DNA of 53,445 nucleotides from Elusimicrobiota bacterium. Its GTDB lineage: Bacteria > Elusimicrobiota > Elusimicrobia > F11. The position numbers and the translations under genes were made by a program. The notes below the pieces were generated by a model. It searched no databases and had not been told where the DNA came from. It saw only the letters and a list, made by a program, of their open reading frames with translations. The stretch covers positions 1 to 53,445 of the forward strand of contig JBJXGI010000086.1 of the NCBI GenBank assembly GCA_046153645.1, in the 5' to 3' direction. Position 1 is the stretch's first letter. The number at the start of each line of letters is the position of its first letter. Positions 36,501-39,856 of the stretch are shown here, in pieces.

Positions 36501-38693
36501 TATCTGAACGTTTTCTTTAGCTCTGCTACAAATCCAGCCCATACAGAATATGCGATTCAATTGGTTCAACGTAATTTTGAAGTTTTAACCAGTAGCTGGG
36601 TTTCTTCCCAAGGAGGAACTGAAAATACACCTTTCTGGCAGGTCAAAGAGCGTTGGGATGAAGGGTTTACTCATACCAATTTAAGATCTGGTACGACTTA
36701 CTATTACCGGGTTTTTGCTCGTAATGGATATAAAAATGGTGGTCCTCATATTATGACGGATGGTTCTGACATTGGTTCTGGTGTGACCATTGGTTTATTG
36801 CCGCCCACTCAGTTTAGTGGAGTGGGTTCTTCTCAAACGGGTATTCAGTGGATCTTTAAAGACAATGCCACCGATGAAGATGGTTTTAGAATTTATGAAC
36901 AAGTCAGTCTTGGTGTGTTCCAACAAAAAGCAGAACGGGCTTATAGTATTCCTCAAAGTGATACTCCCATTGTTGATGTGATTGAAAGTGGTCTTGCAGC
37001 GCCAAATACGCCTTATGAACGATATGTGGTTTCTTATAATAATTTAGGTGAAAGCGTTAAAACCGGGCCTGCCGCGGCCTGGACTTTGGGTGCTAACCCG
37101 CAAGTTATTTCAACCAATCACACGATTGGCGAATTATCTGATGAGATTCGCTTTAAATTTAGAAATGAATTGGCTTTTGGCCAAGGAACAGCGGAATATT
37201 ACCGAGTTAAATTTGGAACCATGACCAATTATGTCTTTACAGGAAACGAAGAGAGATGGGACCCTGAAGCTGGTTTCCCCAATGGTCAAGATAAAACATT
37301 TACGCGTGACATTATTGAACAGTACACCACTTGGTACTTACACGTGATGAGTTACAATCATCAAAATACACCATCAATCCATATTCAATATGGTCCTTAT
37401 CCTTTATTCCAAGATATTATTGTTCCGCAAATTTGTTTGGTTACTCAAGATGGGGCGGCTGCTCAGTTCGGCGCGCGCCCTGCGTTTGCTCCACCCACAT
37501 GTCAAGAAGAAGGGGGCAATGGTCAAAGTCAAACTCAACTGAGAGCGGCACTGGATATTGGTTTCCAAAATGGTGTGCCCTGGGCGCCTGTGTCACATGG
37601 GATCCATTTCAACTTCTCAAAACGTTTAGAACCTGACACCATCAATAAAACGAATATTATTGTTCGATTGGTCGAAGATAATTTAAGTCAACCCGTCGGT
37701 CATTCACCGGAAATTAATTACGCATTAAATTACAATGATGTAGATATGAAGTTAGATGTAAACTTTTCTCAACCCGGACTTCCTGTCCCTGGCGGTTTAT
37801 ATGAATTGGTCCTCACCGAAAATGTGAAAGATTTGGCGGGAAATTCCTTGCCAGAATATAAACATTATTTCAGAAGCTTTATGAATCCTGAAAATCCTCA
37901 TTCTTACTCTGTGTATGGCGATAATGGAAAAGTTCTCATGAAAGTGGATATGCCAGCTGGCGCTTTATCTGAAGCGGGCTCGATAGCGGGCGAATATGAT
38001 CCTGTTACATTCCCTTCAGGTTTTGAGCCTTCTGCTCAAATAGAAGCAACACAAAAACAAATTCAGTTGGCCGGTGCTTTTGCAGAGCCCATTGCTATTC
38101 GGTCATTGGGAGAATTTAATACAAAGCATGCGCGGCTTAGCGGGCAGTTAAAGCAAGGTATCACAATTTCAATTCCATTTTTGGATGAAGACAATGATGG
38201 GTTTGTCGATAATCTCCCCAGCGGCTCTCGTTTGGGTATAAAAGGAGGGGCAGGGCCTGGTGTAAAAGTTCGTATTTCGACTTTAGGGCTATATAAATTA
38301 GATGAAAATACAAAATTGTGGGTCAAAGTCCCTGGTTCGCAAGTAAATTCTCAAGGAAAAATAGTTTCAGGCACCGTTTGGCAAATGGGAGTTTTCGCGG
38401 TCATGGGTGCTCCTTCAAATGATGTTAGTGCCTCTTATGCTTTCCCCGTTCCATTTGTGGCTTCTAAACATTCGAGTATTAAATTCGTCAACTTGCCAGA
38501 TGTGGGCGAAATTGAAATATTTACGGTTACTGGTGAAATTGTAAAAACAATACGTCTTGACGCAGGGCATTTAGATCCCATCGAGTGGGACGTAAAAAAT
38601 AACTCTGGGGAAAATATAGGGGCCGATGTATACTTGTACAGAATTAAGTCTGGCGGTAATGATAAAAAAGGTAAATTGGTTATTGTTAGATAA
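12501..38693 (+). CDS. Giant (8730 aa) secreted/surface protein: six FG-GAP beta-propeller modules, long FN3 array, Ig-like domain, T9SS type-A-like C-terminal domain
   Basis: Uninterrupted ORF; signal peptide (..FSALFILISLPLSA); dozens of W(G/A)DxDxDGxxD repeats; FN3 motifs LxPNTxYxxxVRA; C-terminus YAFPVPF..IKFVNLP..IEIFTVTGE..WDVKN..GADVYLY..KKGKLVIVR. Confidence 0.9.
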   Translation: MVTLNTLDQKLFGWPGKIIPRLFSFVIFSALFILISLPLSAVDRIWTGLGSNNNFSTAENWSGTAVPGASDRAIFDGTSNKPCNINTDVTLDTIQTTLTSTATITLNSARFLTTTVLDFQGGSFSAVGTNNQIIVNSTFSKASGFSFNAGSCTVDLDGSNIYMLGSTTFYRLIADHVGATVKFDVNETVTVLNSLTLRDGVFTSLVDGSHWKLNFLGTTLILQGAQIKDSDASLGQTIIADASNTNLGNNINWIFLADEPQAVGNLQVFKEAQIGVTWNSPPGGALQYEIRAATYPINNGNLTSVSLVFNIASSVSISTQSLAFSVGNLLFDTDHFISIRAKRAGAFGVASFAGPVQSGRYWKQAVGLPQDMVKPMIKLGDYNLDGYLDVAVVGQVGTSSKLRVFRWDSTNKTYVGVINELMFGNDPLVEWIDVDSDGDLDLLYSDSVDTNFLRNDSGVLTQASMGNISAFAKGVLASGDIDNDGDVDIVISAQRTVNDTPDIRFLINENRVLNMSQEVIENSAITKGSLALGDVDWDGKLDILISGEWSGTRKLMIYRNDSKLKFTQILNATGLSKSGVAWTDYDADGDLDFATMGELATLQKTVRVFRNDSGSFNQSFSFLPRIDSGGDAPGSIAWADVDNDGDSDLIVMGSDGTQARFVIYMNSNPADPSTWSTITEPIATNKGLQMGSIVVGDIDGDGPGQSGDVDFILGGSDSGGPKMFLLENLYYSTYSLTNPNDRPGIPQTLLESHFLDDVTLTWDSATDSETPSNALSYQIQVASHNFITNSYALSGVHGTPLLGNYFNNRISRLQLGTKVRLIDDATYYWRVKAIDNGNAQGFYVQASSSFYVAAVPPAPITDLEALTGAQVTLTWSAPAAHPNGEGIISGYEIYYSSAVNPNPAQLDPPIWNRYLASITPLAPGGKQQLTMTGLTPFLNYWFAVRSFNKKTFSVNAATATAKAGHFLDLSSKISTSLGFSRGNIAWADLDIDGDLDFVVCGSTGSGVVSAVYTYNGSQFISAQNLNEKLDNCNLSLGDYDNDGWVDLGIRGQLAGGGASGSRIYIYKNRANSQTPTNIFNPPSDSIVIDPSLNVGLFGQVQWADFDSNGTQDLTFIGASGGLYAFTYNSLLSRFESIRISTQGAATTGGSLAWADIDSDGDLDVAFAVRDESAILRNQGNGVFTRRWTGIGVEGSQLAWGDYNNDGFLDLARTGQTTSNTQIFQIQVGNSNLDYNAQVINLSTGIHTGNRLPGMLAWADLNNDGYPELMGTGARGSLESKKFLVFSNKHATTPDSFELEEFPFGKDFGFQQGGLALGDYNNDGDVDVIVSGLLSQPGGGEVPTISLLENLENNQGGNAPILPGAPSNLSASVSTTTGLATLSWDGPSYSASLRKGLYYNVFVKDRDSNQVYISSAYASPLLGNNLLHSTGVVKLSVSLPDSKSYSFRVQSINSALMKGPFSGFVNFSVPAIPPAVITDLAGLEGSQVRLHWTAPGEDGSVGTPTRYRIYYATNSFTTGLEPGVSVYTIEGISANPPLKKAGEQESRDIPILVPNLSYFFRVAAEDRNGARAPLSGSVNVVATYFEKVPFESFSGLSESSLVVGNTTVGQDSYLDMAMMGGDSTTSRVLRVLVGQGAGDFNQVTIANEGLKDGALALVDIDRDNDLDFIASGFNSANTPVTKVFLNNNNSYSVLGATLPAMTKGSFAIADIDGDGDLDIVAVGSGLSGIQMFENRSNDLVFSLLPRTLYNVSFSSGAAITTADIDRDGDIDLAVSGFDGLKNRFILLKQNAGVFSVFKEPLGSVDGYRNGSLAFADFNLDGRWDIVASGERQTGSELVIYEGPINPSDPYIVHSANQPMSSAAGGSNSLVVGDINNDGYTDFAVVGSSGNLANAERLFVYINNQSLPTGALNWSRQQPLGTNTGLTKGSLAFGDFDNDRDLDLVVTGQVSTSRMIYYFNNRQGEAGLPINASPSKPALNFIRDSQSNLVTFDWTHPGSENDRIAYTYDLAVDYRRNGTGPTYHLVTGQQHSPLHGNVPTIGLVSSSRTLSLFDNATFYVKIRAVDTGFQVSPWSDQITIDIGNIPPGPITDFVASKSGKIELTWTAPGGDGNQGQLQSYEIRWTTEAINSGNFSSANLLSGIPAPKPVGSAESLMASNGFKVGTTYYFGIKGYDDAGNPTPLVTSSAVAGNFSLAQTLTGLGDSAIAAADYNNDGHHDLVLAGEDNLQGWLNSGSGAFSADAQINLSGFTFASIAALNYNNDGNIDFLVSGTQAGAKKVFLYKNQRPLTPVLIPDAHFNMTGFDEGSIAWGDFDRDGDYDAAVAGKGLDGIYIYKNNYRENPLIPFIAEKIDDMVLSNGASLAWADANNDGVLDLAVAGQDSGGFPHFWIFTGKAIGGFNPPYFMIQTSGAETDGYAEAALSWADFNGDGKLDIAITGYRRNGRDSRVFFNQTSGANLSFTNTSLPGAGLSSGRKTQGALVVADLNNDGKFDIALSGTDGTRTRFFTYLNQSGSWELVEPLGKNKGLDKSALSTADFDKDGDVDLVLSGFMGAVKRVYVFLNKAADDSGFGGANSPPNAPSSLTAGISGNQISINWPATSDPASGGPTPSNALNYDLEVLVKPIGNISYDVYQSSYLGAPLLGSISPTRGANFSYSLSARDNADYQIRLRAVDAGLTPGPWSSVLSTSVPAIPPDAISNLVATQGSQINLTWTATGADGSFGQASGYDLRYWISGQSYSDPLAVLVGLPSPKPSGQIETAVVSGLVPGTSYFFGIRAFDNASQFSPVSNIVNATAGLFEGFADLSGLKQGGVSIGSLFPGEKNFIVMGSSQDASGQAVLYSYASNQVTLKQNLNKEFLSGVPSFTDFDDDGKLDLVIGGQVKFFSSSLPKTVFFKNNGTALVEQPGMELSLEPNSISWSDFDNDGDLDLLIGGQTSGSSRVSRVYENRSGAFVQVWEKSTGGTAAWVDVDQDGWVDVLLSGKGFFANSSQTAVYKNIFVSSPTVYFQDPSGANIISTTLQGNISVGDINFDGRMDFALGGRDELAEVKVFRLSANGLYDTTPLSTGISLSSSTFVWGDVDHDGKMDLLASGYDSSSQPRFLLFFNQAGTLSAPIEPLAPLSFANGLALGDLDNDKDLDLVLSGNRGSQGYVRVLKNVVNRNASQNNNEPAQVVGQPEVLTGSQLTINWNAPADDKTPGSALLYELRIATDPVASATKYVRSPFPASPFMGHVSTTSIKLTVRDAVTYYWSIRAIDAALLPGSWSAQQQRFIGGIAPAQIVDFKAEIGMQVKLTWTAPGADGNQGTASSYVIRYRETSDPSNPPTFPTDPSWKVVTSPTPKIAGTKEEWVVSGLIPGSKYQFGIYAVDDAGLTGAVAFSSTATASHFGIQFSPFGNDFGIERGDVAWGDMDADGKMDFIVTGASNTTKITQMYRQTINGFELFSNPIAPTNFLELDSGSLAIGDLDNSDLYLDFAVTGRDASGAEQLKIYRQIRLLEFNEQTLPYGVSDSSLAFGDVDGDGDQDLAIMGTHNFGSSYRLLVLKNRGVALGLAYDSNWDLSTSSGCSQGQIQFVDINNDAKLDLVVLGRRNSDSFLKVWLNTGNPIQPYNSALNIDTANFSFGSLAAADYDNDGDIDLISNISGQPRIYRNQLKETGNLVFTTLNLGLPGLRSGRVAWADVNSDGFLDLIYNGTTGSVRRMLVVPQSIASGAGGQQSVGFDSSKAQDLFGAQNGIENASLAMADYDLDGDPDLLLIGRNSSLPTTRKFLLLKNFDIDPIRPGRSNPIPSVPQSSGVTFQYDGNQLNVRWNPSTDVNAETNSLTNSLYYAVQIKSFNESATFVSGSYGTPMLGSFIRPPLIGGKLQYSISGLPGSGGSYKVFLKSIDSSLQPGNWSSAAPVTLEEVSRPLNVVGTPNSYSQITWSWDPPLQASGLLGYRVVTTSGVAVSPNLPISSTSWQESGLLSNTLYQRRVEAFNLVMTSASVIASTRTLVRTFDGVPNAPINFSAILLSNTTDYQFIRLNWEDTSPTVSPNDFQAEGYIVERSTLLAGPYSQIASVVPATTTYLDQGLMPNTSYYYRVFGFNAVGLSSSSLVAVRMTRSQKPVNPVFFSAHSSSITVNWLTDHPVGSRFELHMATSSDFSGIIYSSINVKALSQQSMIGVVTSLPSLTTFYARVRSLSDAIDLPPSATDFVNVPGFSVTLAPVINLSKPVINQVRHLPNPIDYSKLEILWSTVSLAQTYLLERSLSPNIGYISIATLNDPTTYYVDPGVLIADSSYYYRLTAQAGNNVSPKSDVKALRTKSAPVLSWAPFSVFQSSMIVQWSAPNNPATVRYDLIRSTNNFQTVQSTTLASSTSSIQGGIFSSPLVPNTTYYFNVRSSNRDNIVSSNFLDVPVISSVTLAAQPNAGNYTNVGADYLTANWTSINPNNTLFIVQISSDSNFLQNVIELNTQSNSAIFSSLEFDTDYFGRVRAINHSGIPTQWRLLGSTRTLPSGAQLPRPTNLVLTVLSSETIRLNWLDNSSNESAFAVDRSADGTNWITISTSIPLNTTTYDNTQLNPNSTYYYRVRAINPPFTSLPSDPAVAVTLADNPRASVVPFIVYETSMTVNWLAANNPFNTNYEVRWSSAGNFSSQNVGATLAASLTGLLVNTTYQVDVRALNFANPSVPTNWVNLGSRATRAVNVSSISISPVYISSVVVNYNVGSNPAGTRFEINASTEITFTQIATYHTTNDINSTIVSGLAGGTTYYFRIRAINHGGLPTVWTVFGNSIRTNDPPFPPIPPTGFSFTAVSSSTISTQWNPLVGATDYKLRRRLNGGTPVEFLVGGAINSYTDGLILALLPNTTYGYQLMGIDGQFSTLPTVEITTATLAALPGALTSLSVTSSQILASWNSNGNPLDTTYVVEVDSGSISFVTVSSPAMSISNLTPNTNVSLRVKAKNRSGIETAFTLLTTTVTKAALPSPVQKDVFTSSFSVVWGRNGNPLNTIYEINVTTGTGSVFFLSTTSSRADVPAVPNTSYYFILSAINSAGDRVSLPQDTLVTKPARVADATLRIFVSSADVQIINANGNPSDTIYRLTITTPSRSNEGVGPGPIAVAGLTANTTYSYQLVTVGRSGLLSAPYVLPSSPTLSAPPINGQIVLRGVSFINASWAANGNPVNTLYEMETIEQGQFSGVLSPRSINLNAQGTPLQADTFYTLRSRSINHSGIVSDWTTIATTSTLPTSTLISSPTNVVVTPPVDGVTTPKLTLTWDPVINPNVPDRYIIFRVQSGLIQIGTTSFLNEIFVDTGSVTAPMVPNTEYSYRVAAGTGAVVAYSSVVSSATYAVQPTLSSTLPTATTGSITVFWADSVNPNTPNYRVELSSNNFVSLLQTQVTPFKQITFGGLTPNTSYYTRVRTINIRGIATPATLLPIKVTLATPVVVGVPPFGTVNSHSIEARWISNNPANTTYLIDTTWSGGNGPSSLTQNQSSGVVSGLFPNTLYNVFVRAINHEGISTTQTLIGSTRTLASVNISSPTNLIVTRPAASISDRLILQWQDNSSGVNEEDEFAIWQQAQGGPVVLVATAPAVLGQGTTTSFTVTNLNPNTRYYYYVVARKFTGGVWESSLPSNTDDEITWAQIPVWSAPFINRTDKSITGFWSQGSNPLGTRYRLEVSSDSFNLISSSETSGLSARVDGLLSNAIYQMRVRAIDPAPGLFSTLQTTNTLAAVPGFVFVGEPFTSYVSSITARWSSNENVSDTTYRLQAYLDEALTQFVGSQDTLNTSANIAGLLPNTSYWFTVKAAHRDGGYSDVQLLGVAVTLPTTFGFTANPSSSATWYGKNTLIGYASFTFTSNGYPTSFDYVRYIWLPSQPSFVWPSDLNQNNIPNIWRPDQGPLVIISSYSGQFYLHMKGYNYAGQSHVGAEISTGAFKVDLDIPSPNPSAFLNVIRSTDSIVWEGQFTTDAGDPNGSGFDAYGWTFNAGTEQFLSSSVLTTNGLLANTSYAMMLRARDFAVPANYTLPASSSAVTLQNKPTGVNIISVYLSSAVVNVLGTFPNITVGSSGIQVKMVTAGATVYSNISQTTTIGISSLLGNTFYDVYARAFNQEGIATDWTVPVSTVTLGTRPDITADKPVYPPSIYPGNTLVRFADSGAFDRGEVAYYRFIMNESDREPSQIEFLTLGVQINAGTWSHLLVRSQIAYAHVRSYTVAGGSLPGDYQQLGPWVIDADPPFIVGASSVQVHGISSMTFTAGEAEDIGLAGFGLDRTSFDAGLTWVATNTLTRTSLTPNTSYFADITVRDAVGNQSVPPVRIGAYTYQNTPTGITILNRRGKQIVVGGLGVFPNLTTLQSGLLFDTLPSINPAWVQVNEATFTFLNYNSSYTFVVKARNADGIETAFSPPSSAWTLASPPRVSPFQGVERDWTTNPIFIFRALELPSTGTYTNYLVKWTTASTYNFNGSETVWTPSALNDKISLTATQSGKWYFYVRSVNNVGDLAEPDANDVLSWFGYDVEPPLPAAFDTPETGPTFITFRASLSSTDTLSGLHSSPYIWRAQVGTETFTADRSSTTFGLIPNTPYTIGLRLRDVLLNRTAEVFQTTYTLAATPRSFPNSYQVYLTSVSVEWLTNGNPVGTEYKAQLSQVSNFSSILQSSMTVSSLAVFGLSPAAPLIPNTTYYLRVNAKNQVNIETTFVELATVTTRAVPPQVVVSTNIGNPNEPALEGGSYPGGTTFISKTLIPFGPGTVEYYRYIWSTNPNYGPFSGLETKWDNAGVNISTTIVMNGDYYFHVASYRGGTLSASEVVTSTKVGPFRIFATTEGEPFVEAVQITTTSVRWRQRKATPANFDGTIAHYGFALENSATTWVQVPLAESIIDHTSQPLIPNTTYAMYAYLRPTVGPITGPSTATAVTHQLTPTGVSFDVVNESSVTMQALGIFFNVDKPFSGFLFTQSGGGDSPWVNVTTWTAQSLSANTLYSFAVKARNQVRVETDFSPVASTTTLAKAPTRLTILADTDLGGFPEHAEGGYYSLGKVFRFINEAGWGVGNVEYYQVVTTTRTNINMSEFDEPSAARWTTQKFSTQPVSAGSYYVYFRSYNSAAVGGPVILRYGPLHIDDQAPTPNPPQIAGVTVYSSSVTWVAVTASDSGSGLPPQPYNFIYPDPSGWRGSTFIQTEHRPNVPIRPNERVNINLVVRDRVGNETQATSSFTYTLAETPVIQLGSFNIFNTSATFAWDRLQNSSFTTYEMGYSTDSNLSPVTLISAGVNSSSGVVTGLQIGTTYYFAVRAINFQNMRTPWSNIVSGVTDNNVLPPVIISPLVVYLSSVTMSWVDYNSPGTVFEVLSNTGSGLVVPGTPTLLGTVFTYTFNALTPNTTYSFGVRAKTLNNIFSTYAATSTATLADLPLIDSLTVFFTSATGNWTAGLNPVGTQYELRASSVSTMNGTFDISTVVTSTSANLVDLTPDTSYFFAVRAINHGGIPTAWVSYGVRNTLVSPPVAPIAYTDITPSSLKVNWNNGGNPAWVEYLIERSQDNFATAAEASSTTTNIYLSTDSLSYNTTYYFRGKSIGRLSTSAFVPFGAVVTKATTPVPGSLVPSTTSILASWLTNGNPAWTEYYAEASNNPAFVGIPGGTDLIRSSNVTGSFVNIEGLRSNTTYWVRVVAVNSLGVTSSPANYPAPVVTFAIQPVSPSFRAKWKSTLGNYVEITVSGGDQNPDNTLYAIYNSSLNVYFSGDGLGGTSLAPVWFTRDEWARDINGATILPIRATQGNLTPWTYFEFKVKAKNHAEFETLLSSASLVRTVPAQPNVTASILNNDQVRLLWTQSIVGAQEFKAYVSEPANQSTNFVPYFTYVLPAEPGVYYLDRDGGNNIPGGVNQARHDTTGGIPGNASPLGFVSATTGTVTFNWTEVSNPAPAATHYYYIVGMSDFDEEGEPSAIVSDQVRPIIASYEIVGEKNKLDQPGGLPYSFSAPAASSGTVNNISANTQLLVRVKPKSSDDQLLGPQSNLVEAWSLAKAPTDVTVSNGYDESHKIYLNVFFSSATNPAHTEYAIQLVQRNFEVLTSSWVSSQGGTENTPFWQVKERWDEGFTHTNLRSGTTYYYRVFARNGYKNGGPHIMTDGSDIGSGVTIGLLPPTQFSGVGSSQTGIQWIFKDNATDEDGFRIYEQVSLGVFQQKAERAYSIPQSDTPIVDVIESGLAAPNTPYERYVVSYNNLGESVKTGPAAAWTLGANPQVISTNHTIGELSDEIRFKFRNELAFGQGTAEYYRVKFGTMTNYVFTGNEERWDPEAGFPNGQDKTFTRDIIEQYTTWYLHVMSYNHQNTPSIHIQYGPYPLFQDIIVPQICLVTQDGAAAQFGARPAFAPPTCQEEGGNGQSQTQLRAALDIGFQNGVPWAPVSHGIHFNFSKRLEPDTINKTNIIVRLVEDNLSQPVGHSPEINYALNYNDVDMKLDVNFSQPGLPVPGGLYELVLTENVKDLAGNSLPEYKHYFRSFMNPENPHSYSVYGDNGKVLMKVDMPAGALSEAGSIAGEYDPVTFPSGFEPSAQIEATQKQIQLAGAFAEPIAIRSLGEFNTKHARLSGQLKQGITISIPFLDEDNDGFVDNLPSGSRLGIKGGAGPGVKVRISTLGLYKLDENTKLWVKVPGSQVNSQGKIVSGTVWQMGVFAVMGAPSNDVSASYAFPVPFVASKHSSIKFVNLPDVGEIEIFTVTGEIVKTIRLDAGHLDPIEWDVKNNSGENIGADVYLYRIKSGGNDKKGKLVIVR

Positions 38694-38704
38694 GGGGGGT
38701 TGGT

Positions 38705-39031
38705 ATGAATCGGTTTTTAGTTCTTGTGGCCTTTGTCCTCATTGGAATTTCTGCCCAAGTTTATTCCGCAGAAACCTATGCTTTTCCCAATCCCTATAGA
38801 GCCAATGTTAATCCGAATATCACTTTCACAAATCTGCCTGGCTCAGGCACAATTGAGATTTATAGTATTTCCGGTGAAAAAGTAGCACAACTCTCTATCG
38901 CTCCAGGCGAATTGTCTAAACAATGGAACGCCACCAACGATGACGGAGAAAAATTAGCCAGTGGTGTTTATATCTATATCGTTCAAGCCGGCGGCCAAAC
39001 CTCCCAAGGAAAAATAATCGTTATTACCTGA
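38705..39031 (+). CDS. Signal peptide plus a stand-alone T9SS-like (FlgD-Ig/type-A) C-terminal sorting domain
   Basis: Signal peptide ending VYS-A; YAFPNPY..ITFTNLP..IEIYSISGE..WNATN..LASGVYIY..GKIIVIT aligns with the last ~90 aa of the giant protein. Confidence 0.8.
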   Translation: MNRFLVLVAFVLIGISAQVYSAETYAFPNPYRANVNPNITFTNLPGSGTIEIYSISGEKVAQLSIAPGELSKQWNATNDDGEKLASGVYIYIVQAGGQTSQGKIIVIT

Positions 39032-39054
39032 ACACCCTATACCTTTTTTTTGAA

Positions 39055-39089
39055 AAGGGCTTTGCTGTTAAGACGGCAAGGCTTTTTTT
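39055..39089 (+). terminator. Intrinsic terminator after the giant-gene operon
   Basis: GGCTTTGCTGT-taag-ACGGCAAGGCT stem with G:U pairs, followed by a T run. Confidence 0.75.
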
Positions 39090-39112
39090 ATGTTCGAATA
39101 AACTTTTTTAGG

Positions 39113-39151
39113 TTGTTATGTCGAATCTGTTCATGTACACTTAGTTGTACA
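39113..39151 (+). promoter_or_regulatory. Toxin-antitoxin promoter/operator with paired TGTACA palindromes
   Basis: TTGTTA(39113)-N17-TACACT(39136); TGTACA at 39134-39139 and 39146-39151 (12-bp offset), overlapping the -10. Confidence 0.7.
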
Positions 39152-39163
39152 AAAGGGGGAATT

Positions 39164-39433
39164 ATGCAGCAAATGTCTATTTCTCAAGCGCGAAGTTTGT
39201 TAACAAAAATGCCGAATCTTTTTCGTAAAGATTCCGATCCGATAGAAGTTGCTAATAGGGGTGTTCCTGTTTTGGCTATATTGCCTTGGGTGTTGTATGA
39301 ATCTATGGAGGAAACATTGGCGATTGTTTCTGACGAAAAATTGATGAGAAAAATAAAAAAAAGTTTGCGTCAGGTTAAACTAGGGAAAACTGTTTCTTGG
39401 GAAACCGTAAAGAAAAACCTTAAATTAAAATGA
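39164..39433 (+). CDS. Phd/YefM-family antitoxin
   Basis: ATG 39164 after AAGGGGGA; MSISQARSLL..PIEVANRGVPVLAILPW..YESMEETLAI is the Phd/YefM pattern; ATGA overlap with the toxin. Confidence 0.85.
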   Translation: MQQMSISQARSLLTKMPNLFRKDSDPIEVANRGVPVLAILPWVLYESMEETLAIVSDEKLMRKIKKSLRQVKLGKTVSWETVKKNLKLK

Positions 39434-39744
39434 CCTATTCGATTCGACTATCAATAGCTGCACAAGCCATGCTTGTGGAAATTTCTGATCGTCGTATTCG
39501 TCAGAAAATTGCCGATAAAATAAATCAATTAAAGTTAAATCCTGAAATGCAGGGAAAACCTCTTTCGGGAGAATTAAGTCAATATCGAAGTATTCGCGCT
39601 GCCGCACAACGATACCGGATCATATATCAGGTTATTCGAGGACAAGTTGTTGTTCTTGTCATTGCCATTGGGATTAGAAAAGATCAAGATCGGAGTGATA
39701 TTTATCAAAGGGTCAAAAAGTTAATTCGCTTAAAGTTACTTTGA
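39430..39744 (+). CDS. RelE/ParE-family type II toxin
   Basis: YSIRLS..LKLNPEMQGKPLSGELSQYRSIR..RYRIIYQV..VVVLVIAIGIR; basic, 104 aa; coupled to the antitoxin. Confidence 0.88.
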   Translation: MTYSIRLSIAAQAMLVEISDRRIRQKIADKINQLKLNPEMQGKPLSGELSQYRSIRAAAQRYRIIYQVIRGQVVVLVIAIGIRKDQDRSDIYQRVKKLIRLKLL

Positions 39745-39788
39745 GTCTACTTTTCAATTCCACCTCTATTTATCGAGGGGAATTTTGT

Positions 39789-39850
39789 TGTGAAATTTCT
39801 GTGAAATTTAACCTCTCCTACATGACTTTTTTACGTCCTTCCGGTACAAT
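39789..39850 (+). promoter_or_regulatory. Putative promoter of the 3010-aa gene with an 11-bp-period direct repeat
   Basis: TGTGAAATTT at 39789 and 39800; ATGACT(39822)-N17-TACAAT(39845), ending 6 nt before the GTG at 39857. Confidence 0.45.
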
Positions 39851-39856
39851 TAACAT

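Noticed and set aside
13290..37400. CRISPR array or DNA-level tandem repeats in the giant gene
   Set aside because: The repetition is at the protein level only; no identical nucleotide repeats with spacers were seen.
12524..38326. Many short alternative-frame and antisense ORFs inside the giant gene, including the 201-aa ORF at 32370-32975
   Set aside because: They lie wholly within a well-supported CDS and show no recognisable motifs; they are expected shadow ORFs. The same applies to the short ORFs overlapping other genes.
39050..39163. Longer 127-aa version of the antitoxin starting at TTG 39050
   Set aside because: The extension runs through the terminator and the promoter/operator; ATG 39164 has a strong RBS and gives a typical 89-aa antitoxin.
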